From: Azolla caroliniana
Taxonomy: Eukaryota > Plantae > Polypodiophyta
Assembly (NCBI GenBank): GCA_043228905.1
Contig: JBHGNT010000014.1
Location: forward strand, 7,068,001-7,132,000
DNA: 64,000 bases
Direction: 5' to 3'
The notes under the pieces were generated by a model. The model made no database searches. It saw only the letters and a list, made by a program, of their open reading frames with translations, and had not been told where the DNA came from. The translations under genes and the position numbers were made by a program. Positions 45,281 through 59,159 of the stretch are shown here, in pieces. The stretch's first letter is position 1. Each line of letters starts with the position of its first letter.

Positions 45281-48200
45281 TTATTTGCAATACATGTGCT
45301 TTGTTTGTTTTACAAAAAAACTGGTTATTGCTACTTGTAGCCACAAATTCCACGGCATACTATTGTAAATACATTCATACACATTAGCACTAACTGTGTA
45401 TAAACTTGAGCAGCTATTGTATTGCGACATTGGGGCATTGATGCACCTGACCAAATGAGAGTACATGTACGCCACTGGTTTGTCTTCTAATAGCCTATAC
45501 ACATAATCGTAATCATCTAGTCTTGCATAAAAAATACCTTCGATGTAGAATGTCCCGGTAGATAAAACATTTCTCCAAGCATCTAATATATTTTGCGTTG
45601 CACATTGTTTACTAACCGTGCACTTCAATATAGAGAAATCAACACCCTCTGAATTGCCTTCTTTTGCATTTACACCGAAATTATCCCAACGTTTAAGACA
45701 TCACTCAAAGTATCTCCACGTCCTTGATATGTGAAGTCAGCATTCTTTTCTGTTTCTCCGTCAACTGCTTCCTTATCGTTCAATGTATGATACTCCCAAT
45801 TCTGAATATATGCTTTGTTTAAATGATACCTCCAATTTCCTTGCACACAATGGAAGCAAAATCAAGTTAATTCTCTAACCGCAATACAATGACCGTCCAA
45901 TCTAGAATAACCGCGAACAACATGGAGAGATCGTATTTCGCGAATTCCTTGGCAGTCACAGGTCTTCTCCCTATTTACTTCATCTATTTTCACTTCCCAA
46001 AATTCACGTTTGATATCTCGGACTTGCGAGGAATAAACACCAGTTGCACTCGTTGACATATTGGCTCTTAAAAATTCAGCTACATGTGCTCCACAATTCA
46101 TCTACACACCATCTACCTTTAGTTGTTCATGGGTAAGTGCCTGCTTTATAACAGCACCTGCACCCTCATGTTCACCTTTACCATGGCTAGACCCAAAAAA
46201 ATTCCATCTCATCTCCAAACCTATTATAGCAGGATACCTCCCCACAAAATAAAATGAACGTCTAGCCTTGAATTGTGACGCAACTCCATCAGACCAGACC
46301 CAATGTTGAGTAAGCTCCAAACGTTTAGCTAATAACCATTGCCAATGTAAGTTAAAACAATGTTGGACGAACAAGGTATCATGTTTCTTATCATCAGAAA
46401 TAAAACAATAAATTACTTTTTTAACATAACTTGAAACTCAAAAATATGTTATGTGCACAAAAATGGTTACCTATGCTTAACACCAATGCATAGATTGAAT
46501 TTCATTCTGCTGCTTGAAAGTATAATCTATGTGAAATCTACTACTGAGACTATTACATCATTTGGAAAATCAGATATGCAAGTCTTAAACTGATGGGCTT
46601 TCCATAAATAAATGAAGTTGTGTTTAATGAATTTTCTAGAGATGCTACAAATAGAGACGCCAAATCCCTTGGTTTAAGCGACTTCCTAACAAGATCCTTT
46701 CTTTTACACACCTTTCCTTCGAAATTGGTGTCAACTGACTCAAATAACTTGACAAAGATTAATATTTCACTACTCAATTCATTTGGACACCACCTAAATC
46801 TATTAGGGCCATAATCTTGACATAAACCCATGACACATTTATGACTGTGGAAGATGGCCTCAATTTCTCTCGGACACAATACTGAATCTAAAAGACAACT
46901 CATGGAAGAGATAACATGCTCAGATGATTTACAGTGCTCATGCGGGCTCGATCAACAAATTGGGCACTCACAAGTGAAATTTAGCTAAGTGGTAGATAAT
47001 TAGCTACTACCATACTTTAGTTGAGTAGCTACTACCATACTTTAGTACGTTAGCTAAGTGGCTAATTAGCTACTACCATACTTTAGTTGAGTAGCTAATT
47101 AGCGACTATCATAGTTTAATTCAATAGCTAATTAGCTACCACTTAGCTAATTAGCTACTACCATAATTTAGTACAGTAGCTAATTAACTAAGTGGTAGCT
47201 AATTAGCTACTACCATAGTTTAATACAATAGCTACTTAGCTAAATGGTAGCTAATTAGCTACTCCCATAGTTTAGTACACTAGCTAATTAGCTACTACTA
47301 TAGTGTAGTACAGTAGTTAATTAGCTAAGTGGTAGCTAATTCGCGACTACCATAGTTTAGTACAATAGCTAATTAGCTACCACTTAGCTAATTAGTTACT
47401 ACCTACCACTTAGCTAATTAGCAATTGTACTAAAGTATGGTAATAACTAATTAGCTACCACTTAGGTAATTAGCTACTACCATACTTTAGTTATAGTGGC
47501 TAATTAGCTAGTACCATACTTTAGCTGAGTCGCTAATTAGCTAGGTGGTAGCTAATTAGCTACTACCATACTTTAGTTGAGTAGCTAATTAGCTAAGTGG
47601 TAGCTAATTAGCTACTACCATACTTTAGATGAGTAGCTAATTAGCTAAGTGGTAGCTAATTAGCGACTACCATACTTTAGTTGAGTAGCTAATTAGCTAA
47701 GTGGTAGCTAATTAGTGACTACCATAGTTTAGTACAATAGCTAATTAGCTACAACTTAGCTAATTAGGTACTACCATACTTTAGTTGGTAGCTAATTAGG
47801 TACTACCATACTTTAGCTGAGTAGCTAATTAGCTAAGTGGTAGCTAATTAGCGACTACCATAGTTTAGTACAATAGCTAATTAGCTGTATTACCTAATTA
47901 GCTAAGTTTTAGCTAATTAGCTACTACGATAGTTTAGTACAGTAACTAATTAGTTAAGTGGTAGCTAATTAGCTATTACCATACTTTAGTTATAGTGGCT
48001 AATTAGCGACTACCATGCTTTAGCTGAGTCGCTAATTAGCTACCTGGTAGCTAATTAGCTACTACCATACTTCAGCTGAGTAGCTAATTAGCTAAGTGAT
48101 TGCTAATTAGCTACTACCATACTTTAGTTGAGTAGCTAATTAGCTACTCCCATAGTTTAGTACAATGGCTATTCTAGTAGCTAATTAGCTGTTCTGGTAC

Positions 48201-49070
48201 CTAAATAGCTAAGTTCGATATTCTTAGGGAGCTAATTAGCTATTACAAGTAGCTAGTTAGCTATGGTCATATTTTGAGGTAGGTAATTAGCTATTCGGGT
48301 ATGGTCATATTCAGATGTAGCTAATAAGCTAACTAACTAAGCTCAAAAGTCAAAACAAATGTTGAGATAAATGTAAATACCTGAGGTACATCAAGAAGAT
48401 GAATGGAATGCTCCTCATATTGACTCTTTCCAACACGTTTCTTGCATAAATCCTTCTTATTGGGTGAAACCCTACTCTCATTAGTCTAAAATATTGTGAT
48501 TACATCCTTGATTTCTGATGTTATGCGTGTCATTGGCTTACATCTTGTTGTTTGCTTTAGCAGACTAGTTCCTTCACCCGATATCGTCAACATCACTATT
48601 AAGTAACATCATTAGACTAGACCTTTTTAAGACAATATCATCTTTTGACCTACTCATGGATACGAAACTATTATGGATATTATTTACTAGCACAAATGTT
48701 CTGTTTGCATTAAGATCATCACAATGAACTAACTCCTTTATCGATAGATAATTTAATATTCCATAAAGTACTACCTTCTTGTCTTCATTGCTGATGTGCT
48801 TGGTTTGAACATTGAAATAGTCTACAACCTTTCACTCTATGAAAGTAGTCTCATTACTTCCATTCTCAATGATATATAGACCTATATCGCAACCAATACT
48901 ATCTTTACCTTTCGTGAGTGTGGCTTTCGTATCCTTCAACAATTGACGATGTTTTCTTCTTTTTTTCTGCCCAATACTTTCGTATCGCTTGTTGTGTCCT
49001 AATAGCGTCATCCCTATCCTGATGATCATTGAGGGGTAATTCTAAACACCCTCCTTCCCCTTCCATTTGG
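45281..49070 (-). pseudogene. Sola2-like DDD transposase, decayed and split by satellite array 2
   Basis: WSDGVASQFK..WNFFGSSHGKGEHEGAGAVIK (46102-46374), Cys-rich segment (46553-46903), C-terminal domain (45281-45628), N-terminal RVSPNKKD..HLLDVPQ ending at a GT donor at 48380. Confidence 0.7.
46980..48345. repeat. TAGCTAATTAGCTA-based satellite array 2 (unit about 52 bp, with local inversions)
   Basis: ACTACCATACTTTAGTTGAGTAGCTAATTAGCTAAGTGGTAGCTAATTAGCT repeated many times. Confidence 0.96.
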
Positions 49071-49224
49071 CTCGACGGGTTTAAACCCTAATTTTCCCGA
49101 AAAAAAGACACGTATTAAAGATGGCTATGGGCAACAGCAATACACAAAAATATTCCGCAATACACAAGATTATACACAACAATACACAAGATAATCAATA
49201 GACAGAATAGTTATTCAAATCCAA

Positions 49225-50575
49225 GACCGAACAGTGGCGGTAATCCAGGGCGGAATAGTGGCGGCAACTGAGTGTAGAATGGCAGCAGTGGAGGAGTGAA
49301 CTCCGTTTGATCGAACAATTTTGACAATCCAGGACTGAACAATGGCGGCAACTGAGTGTGGCAATGGAGGAGTGAATTCCGTCGGATTGAACAATGGCAG
49401 ATGATGCTTGGAATGCAAAGTGATGAAAACTCAGAGTACAATGGCAGTAGTGGAGAAGTAGTGAACTCCTTTGAATCGATAAGTGGCAACAATACACCAC
49501 TGAACAGTAGCGGCAACTAAGTGTACAATGATGGCAATGGATGAGTGAACTCCATCAAATCGAAAAGTGGCAGCAATCCAAGACCGAACAGTAGCGGCAA
49601 CTAAGTGTAGAATAATGGCAATGGAGGAGTGAACTTCGTCAATCGGACAGTGGCAAATGATGCTTGGAATGCACAATGACGACAACTGAGAGTACAATGG
49701 CGAAGTGGAGAAGGAGTGAACTCCCTCAAATCGAAAAGTGGCAGCAATACACGGCCAAACAGTAGCGACAACTAAGTGTAGAATGATGGCAATGGATGAG
49801 TGAACTCCGTCAAATCGAAAAATGGTAGCAATCCAGGACCGGTCACCAAATAGTAGCGGCAACTGAGTGTAGAATGTTACTTGTATAAGTGTACGGGAGG
49901 GTTAGGTGTAATGTGGAAGGTGGTGTGTGAGGTGTAATATGAAATGTGAATGTGTGAGTGTTAGGTGAGGTAAGTAGGTGTACCTACGTCGATTCGGCTT
50001 TTTGTAAAGATCTTCTATTATATAAATCCTCACTCATGGGGCATGAAAAAATGATATCGAAGTTACTCTAAATTGTGTCTGTCTCGATTCTCTCTCTCTC
50101 TCATTCATTCTCTCTATGTATCTCATCTCTCCCTCTCTCCTCTCACACTCGAACCCCCTTGGGAGGGGGGTGGAGCCGATCTTGGCTCCACCCCCCACCC
50201 ATAAACATAGAATGATGGCAATGGAGGACTGAACTCCGTCAGATCGAACAGTGGCAGATGTTTCTTGGAACGCACAATGATGGCAACTGAGAGTAGAATG
50301 GCGGCAGTGGAGAAGGAGTTAACTACGTCGGATCGAAAAGTGGCAGAAAATATACAACCTTCACAGTAGCAGCAACTGAGTGTAGAGTGGCGGCAATGGA
50401 GGAGTGAACTTGGCAGATGATGCTTGGACTGAACAATGGCGCCAACTGAGTGTAGAATGGCGGCAATGGAGGAGTGAACTCCGTCGGATCGAACTGTGGC
50501 AGATGATACTTGGATCACACAATGCCGGTAACTAAGTGTAGAATGGCAGCAATGGAGGAGTGGACTCAGTAGGGT
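49225..50575. repeat. Degenerate ~85-bp tandem repeat, interrupted by a solo LTR
   Basis: Recurrent GGCAACTGAGTGTAGAATGGCGGCAATGGAGGAGTGAACTCCGTC..ATCGAA..GTGGCAG. Confidence 0.9.
49875..50207. repeat. Solo LTR, family E (333 bp)
   Basis: TGTT...AACA with perfect TSD TAGAA. Confidence 0.88.
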
Positions 50576-50791
50576 TTAGCAACAATGGTAGTAATCTAAG
50601 TCAGAATACTCAACCAAAGATGGCCCACGTGATGTGGCAAAGGATCATGCATAATGTATCTAGGAATTCGGTATATAATTTATGGTGCACATATCCATTT
50701 ATGTTGCACATTTATGGTGCTCATTTATATAATTAAAACTCTCTACTATTTTCAATGCTAGCTTTTTGCATAGCTAATTGTTTCCACTCGC

Positions 50792-52670
50792 ATGCATTCA
50801 CCCTTTAACAATGTGGTCATGCCCCGCAAGGTCCGGATGGGTGTTTACTCTATATGTGCAAGTTTAAAAATCATGGCAAAGAGTGGGATAATAGATGAAG
50901 AAATAAACAATTATAATAATGTATTAAAAGAACATCAAGAAAGTCAAGCGTTAGAAAGATCTAAAGCTATGAACCATTGTCAAAAAGCACTTCAATCACG
51001 GGAAAGGTACATGTGCTTGATTATAGATGGGATGGATCAGAAGAAAATTTGTTTGCCACACTTTCGAAGGTTGCCCATGGATATTGGAGATGAATGCCTA
51101 GTGGAGATGTGCTTAGTAGGTTGTCTTCTATATTGTTAGACAATAAGGCCTGAAGTGTTCCTAACTTATCCAAATATCCACAACGACCCTAATCTTACAA
51201 TAACAGTGATACAAAGAGTTTTGCAGACTTGGCAAGGTTTACTCCCGCCACTACTATATGTGCAACTAGACAACATGGCAAGAGAAAACAAGAACTCGAC
51301 TGTTTTTTGTTATTTAAGCACGTTAGTAGATAGGGGTATTTTCAAAAAGATTAAGGTCAACTTCTTACTAGTTGGTCACACACATGATCACATAGATCAA
51401 ATGTTTAGTAGATTCTCCAAGAAATTAACGAGGTGTGGTGTTTTCACACTTCCTATGCTGTCAAAGTTGATCATTGAAGCTTATACCCCAAAGCCAAATG
51501 TACAACATTTAGATGAAGTTTATGATTTTAAATGCTTCTGTGTGGATGGTGATGGGACTCGATGTAGGGTTCTTGCTAAGCTTAATAATATAAGTTTTAA
51601 CCACGTCTTCCTAATCCAAAAAAGTGTGGTCGGTCATAAACAAACAATGTTGTATGCCAAACAATACTCATCTAGTTCGCAATGGGAGCCACAAGACAGA
51701 TGTAGGCTCTTATTACATTTCCTAGATGCATTAATCTATGGTGCAAAACAAATGCCGTATGACGACCACAAACGATTGGTTACTAGTAGTTCAATTGAAG
51801 AGCAAAAGATATATTGGATGCGGTGCCTTGAGGAAAAACACAAAAATATTGAGAGAACCAAAAACTAGGCTAGTGATCAGGATGTGGAATGGTGGGATAA
51901 CTTCTTTAATCATCAACGTGCGATATTAGATAACTACTTTGCAGGGGTATGGCCACTACAAAATCAATTTGAATGGAATATTGGTGGCCCATCAATGGCG
52001 AGCAGGACTTGTTTACAACCAGTAGATAATCTTGAATTGAATAATTTAGTTCTTCCAAAACAAAGAGATATTTACGTGGGATCAAGATTATCGCATGGTA
52101 CTGAGGCAAGATGGCAAGGCAATCTACATGAGTTGCATGTTGGTGCAACATTAGCTGGGGGTTAGAAGTTGGGCCATCCATTTTGGATTGCTAAAATCAT
52201 TGAAATTATTAAGGATGATGACAGCAATCAAGTTCAATCCATTGTTGTTCATTGGTATCATACGTCTTCCAAAGATGCATTTACTTGGAAGTACTCTTTA
52301 GAGATGGTTAAGGATGTCGAAGGCACAAGGAGAAAGTGGAGAAGAATGAATCTACCCAACATGTCTACTCTAACACTTGATAATGTCGACATACTCGTGT
52401 ATGACTTCTACTTGACCAAAACAGGCCATTTAAGACAGACTACAATCAAGATAATAAAAGCGAAGGTTCCAGATGTGCCTGATTAGCTACGAACAAGGAG
52501 TATGTCTCATAATCACGGTGACGTTGGATTGCAATTGGATGAAGACAATGCATTCGTTGCTAGTGATGATGAGGATGAGACCTCACAAAGCTCTTCTAGT
52601 TCATTGGGTGGTTCTGAAGGGGAAGGTGTTTCTCTGGGAAGTGATGGATCTCATATATGAAATGTAAATA
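50792..52670 (+). pseudogene. Sola1-like DDD transposase pseudogene with C-terminal beta-barrel-like domain and acidic tail
   Basis: LIIDGMDQ, LYVQLDNMARENKN, FLLVGHTHDHIDQMFSRFS, then PFWIAKI..VVHWY, in collinear broken ORFs. Confidence 0.72.
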
Positions 52671-52899
52671 TTGTATGTTACATCAATATGGCGATTCACA
52701 AATATGTATAAATATAGGTGTTAGTCATTTTGTCATTTTTGTATGTTCTCTTGTAAATTTCATGTGTTGATTATTTAGGAATTTTTTGAATAGGTATGAA
52801 TAAGTCAATACATGTTAAAGAATGACGTTGTGCAATTGGTTGCTCACCCTTAACTGAATTGAGGAAGTGGGAAGCATTGGCGTGCTCCAAAAAAATATC

Positions 52900-53932
52900 T
52901 GTTACGGGCATGACCATATCCTATGGTAAGTTTTACCGAAGTATCCTATACACGTGGATAAAGTGTGAGGGTTAAACGAGAGTGTAAAGAAGAAAATGAT
53001 TACTTTTAATCCTTGGGATTGGGACAACCCATTAGGCCAAGTGTGAACTTGCCTGGGGGCATTACGCCTAGTGATAAATATGAGGCCTAGCGACCCTCAT
53101 TTGATACATTATCGACTACGTCGAGACTCCATCATTGTGGTGGGTCAAGTCTTGTAGCAAGTGTGCCAGCACCAGGTACGACTCGACGCCACGATGGTGG
53201 TATGGGATTCCGATCAAGGCTCGCGTCCATCTCGATCCCTTCGCTGGGGGTGGTCGGGTGCATTGACACCCTTCTTTCTTTCTCCTCTCTTATTTTATAT
53301 CTATATTATCCTTATCACATGCTCATATTTATAGCCAGGCCTAAGGTCCCTAGGCATGTTCACACTTGGCTAATGGGTTGTCCCAATCCCAAGGATTAAA
53401 AGTAACCCTTTCCTTCTTTAAACTCTCGTTTAACACTCACACTTTATCCACATGTATAGAATACTATGGTAAAACTTACCACAAGATATGGTCCTGCCTG
53501 TAATGTTAGAACTAGCTACTAATGTAAGCATACGATAAGGATAATATAGATATAAAATAAGCGAGGAGAGAGAAAGAAGGGTGTTGATCCACTCGATCAC
53601 CCCCGAGTGAAGGGATCAAAACGGACTCGAGCCTCAATCGGCGTCCCATACCACCGCTGTGGCGTCGAGTCGTGCCTGGTGCTGGCATGTTCCCTACAAG
53701 AGTTTACCCACCACAATGGTGGAGTTTCAACGTAGTCGATAATGTATCAAATGAGGGTAGCCAGGCCTAAGACCCCCAGGCAAGTTCACAGTTGGCCTAA
53801 TGGGTTGTCCTAATCCCAAGTATTAAAAGTAATAATTTCATTGTTTACACTCTCATTTAACCCTCAAACTTTATCCACGTGTAGAAAATACTACGGTAGA
53901 ATTTACCACAGGATATGGTCATGCCCGTAACA
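52900..53932. mobile_element. Inverted composite of family F LTRs (+ 52900-~53321, partial - ~53322-53503, full - 53504-53932)
   Basis: Both ends read TGTTACGGGCATGACCATATCC inward; flanks ATATC/ATATT. Confidence 0.8.
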
Positions 53933-53974
53933 ATATTTTCCGACATAAAAGGACTCGCTCCACCTACAGAATCC

Positions 53975-56900
53975 TGTTTGGAAAGAGGTCCCTTTGGATG
54001 AGAACCGGACGCGATGAAGGAAGGAACCGAATCAGATAGATCCGGAAGGAGTCCGACTGGATCCAGTATAAACCGGCAAATAGGAACACATTAGTAAATA
54101 TGTTAAGATGTGATCGTTGAGGTCATATTTGTAAATAGCCCCCAAAGTTATATAATTATATATATATATAATTAGGGAAATATTGTTTTGTTGTAGATCA
54201 TCATTATAATTGTTGCTATTATTATTTTTGTTGTATAGAGAGACAAAGAGAGAGAGATACAAAAAGTTGTTCTATTGTAACCGCCGGTAGGCAAAGATAG
54301 AGCTTGAGGTTGTTGCTTCTGAGTCTCTCATTGTACCCTTACTCTCATAGTGATAGTTGGAGTCTGTGGACTCCCGTGGTTTTTCCCGATTAGGTTTTTG
54401 CACGTAAACATTCACTATCGTCTCTTTTTTCTATGTAAGTGCATTGCTATTTTCTATTTATTTCTTCCATTGTGAGTTTGAGACTCGGTTGAGGCCAAGC
54501 ACTATTCTACACAATCTGGTATCAATGCATGGAAGATCCATTCGGCAGCATGTTCAAGTTCACCGGCTCCAACTATCCAGTGTGGAAGTTGAAGATGAGG
54601 GACATGTTGATGGTTAAAGATCTCTAGTTGCCGGTACAGTTTGCAGACAAAAGATTGGACAAGATTGAGGCACGACCTGGGAAGTAATACACATGAAAAC
54701 AATGGCATAAATTCAATGCTTCATCGACATGAGTTTGTACAATAACTTTAATGAAGTGAACAAGGCCAATAAGCTTTGGGAGAAGATCAACACGATGTTG
54801 GAGAACAAGAACGTCGTATATCGGGTATTAGTATTTCGGAAAATAGTGAGGTTCTGGTATCAAGACGGCACCAGCAGGGTAGAGCATATGAATGCCTTCC
54901 AAGGGTTGTAAAACCTGACTACCTCACTCGAAGTACAGTTAGCCGATGAGGTACTGGCACTGTTATTGCGCGATCCCTCCCGGATAGCTAGGAGACATTG
55001 GTTGTCACTCTAGGCAATGCTAGACCAAAGGGAAAGAACATATCCCTGGCGAGAGATAAGTCAAGTTTGCTAAATGAAGAAGCTCGCCAGAAGGACCATC
55101 AGTTCGGAACTGATCCGAAGACCTTTGTTACAGATGATAGCCATAACCAAGGAAGAGGCCGGAATCGGAGTCCCTAGAACTGGGAACAATTGGGGACGAG
55201 GTCAAAGTCAAGGGGGAGACCCACTTGCTTTTATTGAGGAAAGCCGGGGCACTTCCGAAGAATGCCGACACTTCTGGAAAACCAAAGGGGGAGCGGACAT
55301 TCTGGAACCGAAGAAGATTTCGGAAAGGAGAGGAACGTCGACAATATCAACAAGTGAAGAAGAGGTATTGCTCATCACAGAGGAAAACGAGGTACATCTT
55401 GTCAGTGACGAAATGACGTGGGTGGTCGACTCCGGTGCACCGTTCCATTTGACCCCCAACCAGAAGTGCTTCTCATCTTATAGAGCCGGAGATCACAGTT
55501 CTGTCTGGATGGGAAATCAAGGTGCATGCGGAATTGTCAACATAGGAGACATGTGGTGCAAGTTACTGTTGAAAGATATACGACACGTTCCAGAGGTTCG
55601 GTTGAACCTGATATTAGCTGGTCAACTAGATGATAAAGGCTACACGGGTGGCATTTGGAACAGAGTCATGAAGTTTTGCAAAGGAAGCCAGATCGTGGCC
55701 CGAGCCCGGAAGATCAACACGTTGTACCTGATGGATGCCCGAATATGGTGGGAAGAAATGAACATGGTATCTGACATTGTAGGTGAGTTGTGGCACAAGA
55801 GGTTGTGTCACATGAGCCAGAAAGGGATGGAAGACTTCCCAAAGATAGCTCATTCTGGAGGTGAAAGACGTGCATCTTGAGAAGTGCACCGATTTCTTGC
55901 CCGACAAGCAGAACCGAACCTCCTTCCGAACCCGACCATCCTTGAGACGGAATGCACCGCTGGAACTTGTGCATAGCGATGTATGCCAAGTGGACACGAA
56001 GTCACATGCCCGATCGTAGTACATCGTGACGTTCATAGATGACCACAACCAGAAGATGTGGGTCTCACCGCTAAAGATGAAGGACTAGGTATTATCCATC
56101 TTCAAGGAATTCCACGCGAGGGTGGAAAGGGAAACTAGCCAGAGGTTGTTGAAGGTGGTTTGAGTGGACAATGGAGGAGAATACCAAGGGCAGTTCAAGG
56201 CGTATTGTCGGTCAATGGGAATCCAAAGACACTGGAGCTGAACGGATTGGCCGAAAGGATGAACCGGACTGTGATGGAGAGAGTCTGGAGTATGCTGGCA
56301 CATGCTAAGTTGTCCAAGTCGTTCTGGGCTGAGGCGCTGATGACGGCGACTTACGTGATAAATTGATCACCCTCAGCACCCTTGGACGGAGACACACCAC
56401 ATAGAGTATGGACCGGTAAAGAAGTGTCTTACCAACATCTAAAGGTGTTTGGTTGTCTCGCTTATGTGCATGTTGCAAAGGACAAGAGAGAAAAGTTGGA
56501 TCCGAAGTCCCAACCATGCATATTCATTGGATATGGTGATGATGAGTTCGGCTACCGAGTGTGGGACTTGGTCTCCCAGAGTCGAAACATAGTCTTCATG
56601 GAAGACAAGAACATTGGGGACTGGGAGTTGGAGAAGAAGATAGTGGACTCTAGGTCAACCGACAGGGATTGGTCTGAAGATACAAGGACCCATCCGGCCG
56701 AAAGCCGGATGACACTCGAAGGACCAGCCGAATTTGGACAAGAAACCGAAGCAACCGAAGAAGAAGAATTGGACATTGGAACTAGAGAAGACCCCGAATC
56801 ACATTCGGATGAAAAAAAAATGGAGGAATCGGTGGTCGGAAACCAAGGAAGGAGATACCCTCTGAGAGAGAAGCCCCCCTGGAGATTTTTGGATGCAGAG

Positions 56901-59052
56901 CATGTCTTATTGACCGACGAGAGGGAGCCGGAAAGCTTCGAAGAAGTAGTGAAAGACATCCACAAGTGGTTAAGTGACATGCAGGATGACATGGATTCCC
57001 TGCATGAGAACCACACATATGAATTGATGGAGATACCCAAGGGAATGAGAGTGCTCCGGAACAAGTGGGTATACAAGTTGAAGCCGGGAGACGCTGGAAA
57101 TCCACTGAGATACAAAGGTTGGATCGTGGTGAAGGGGTTTCAACAGAAGAAAGGAGTGGATTTCGACAAGATCTTCACCCAGTAGTCAAGATGACATCCT
57201 TTTGGATGGTGTTGAGCATAGCGGCAAACATGGACCTCGAGGTAGAGCAACTAGACGTCAAGACGACGTTCCTACTTGGCGACCTTGAAGAAGAGATCTA
57301 CCTACAACAACCGGAAGGTTTTGTCAAGAAAGGGAAGGAGAACCTAGTGTACCGGTTGAAGAAGAGCTTATACGGACTGAAGCAAGCCCCCGACAATGGT
57401 ACCAGAAGTTTGACTCCTTCATGACCAATCAAGGATACCATAAGACGCAGGCCGACCACTCCGTATTCGTGAAGAAGTTTCATGGTAGAGACTTCCTGAT
57501 ACTACTGTTGTATGTGGACGACATATTGATCGTCGAACGAGACCGTATCAAAATCGGAATTTTGATGAAGGCCATGAGCCGGTTCTTTTCAATGAAAGAT
57601 ATGGGTCCATCGAGACAGATCCTAGGGATGCACATAATCTGGGATCCAACGAAGAAGTTGTTGTGGTTGTCACAGGATATGTACGTGACAATGGTGCTCC
57701 AACAATTTAAATGACGAATGGGAAGCCAGTTGGGTCGACACTTCCGGCAAACTGCAAACTGTCCGGAAAGCAAAGCCCAAAGAAAAAGGCAAAGAAGTTA
57801 GAAATGATGAAGATACCTTATGCCTCTGCAATCAGGAGCCTCATGTACGCAATGGTGTGTACATGATTAGATATTGGATATGAAGTCGGAGTGGTCAATG
57901 GGTTCATAAGCAATCCAGGAAAGGACCACTGGGAAGCCGTGAAATGGATACTCTGGCACCTGAAAGGCATCTCGAGAATGTGCCTCTAATTTAGCTTAGG
58001 TAAACCCCAACTTGAAGTATTCGACGGTTCAGATATGTTGGCTGATGCGGATATCAGCCGGTTTACATCCGGATATGTCATGACATATGAAGGGGGAGCT
58101 GTATCGTGGCAGTCGAGGGTGCAAAAGTCCGATGCACTATCGACATCGGAAGCGGAGTACATGGCAGTCGTGGAAGCCAACAAGGAAGTAATTTGGATGA
58201 AGAACTTCATTGGGGAGCTAGGGATCCAATAGGAGGAATACTGCCTCTACCACGATAGTCAAAGTGTCATCCACCTTGCAAATAATGCGACCTACCATAC
58301 CCGAACAAACCACATCCATAGGATATATCACTAGCTCTAGGAGAAGGTAGAAGATAAAGATTTTTTGTGGACAAAGATCCATATGGAGGACAACGGCTCA
58401 GACATGTTGACCAAGGTGCTGTCAGCCGACAAGCTGGATACATGCCGGAGGCGGATCAGACTAACGAAACATCCCATCCCGGAGTGAAGGGGCAGTTTGT
58501 TGGGAAACAGGTCCTTCCGGATGGGATCTGGATGAGAACCAGATGAGCCGGATTGGACGAGACGAAGAAAGGAACCAGATCGGATGGTTCCGGAAGGAGT
58601 CAGACCGGATCTGGTATAAACCAAAAAATAGGAACATATTAGTAAATATGTCCAGACGTGACCGTTGAGGTCATATTTGTAAATAGCCCCCAAAGTTATA
58701 TAAGTATAAATATAACTAGGGCAATACGGTTTTGTTGTAGATCATCATTATAGTTGTTGCTATTATTATTCTTGTTGTATAGAGAGACAAAGAGAGAGAG
58801 AGAGATACAAAAAGTTGTTCAGTTGCAACCCTCAGTAGGTGAAGATAGAGCTCGAGGTCGTTGCCTCTAAGTCTCTCATTGTACCCTTCCTCTCATAGTG
58901 ATAATTGGAGTCTGTGGACTCCTGTGGTTTTTCCAGATTAGAGTTTTGCACATAAACAATCAATGTCGTCTATGTAAGTGCATTGCTATTTTCTGTTTAT
59001 TTCTTCCATTGTGAGTTTGAGACCCGGTTGTGGCCGAACACTATTCCGCACA
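53975..59052 (+). mobile_element. Full-length decayed Copia family B (LTRs 53975-54513 and 58498-59052; PBS 54517-54528)
   Basis: TSD AATCC/AGTCC; WVVDSGAPFH, ELNGLAERMNRT, LLYVDDIL, EAEY motifs in broken ORFs. Confidence 0.93.
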
Positions 59053-59159
59053 AGTCCTTGCTCCTTCTCTCACAATGTTGTGTTGCACATTTGTTTGAAG
59101 TCTTCTTGATGCCGATCTTGCTGTAATCTGCATTGTTGATGTTGTTGGCCGTGCTTCTC

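Noticed and set aside
46980-48345. Palindromic repeats as CRISPR or telomere
   Set aside because: The linkers are themselves repeated, and there is no TTTAGGG array.
49195-50518. Repetitive ORFs
   Set aside because: Translations of the ~85-bp satellite, open in several frames.
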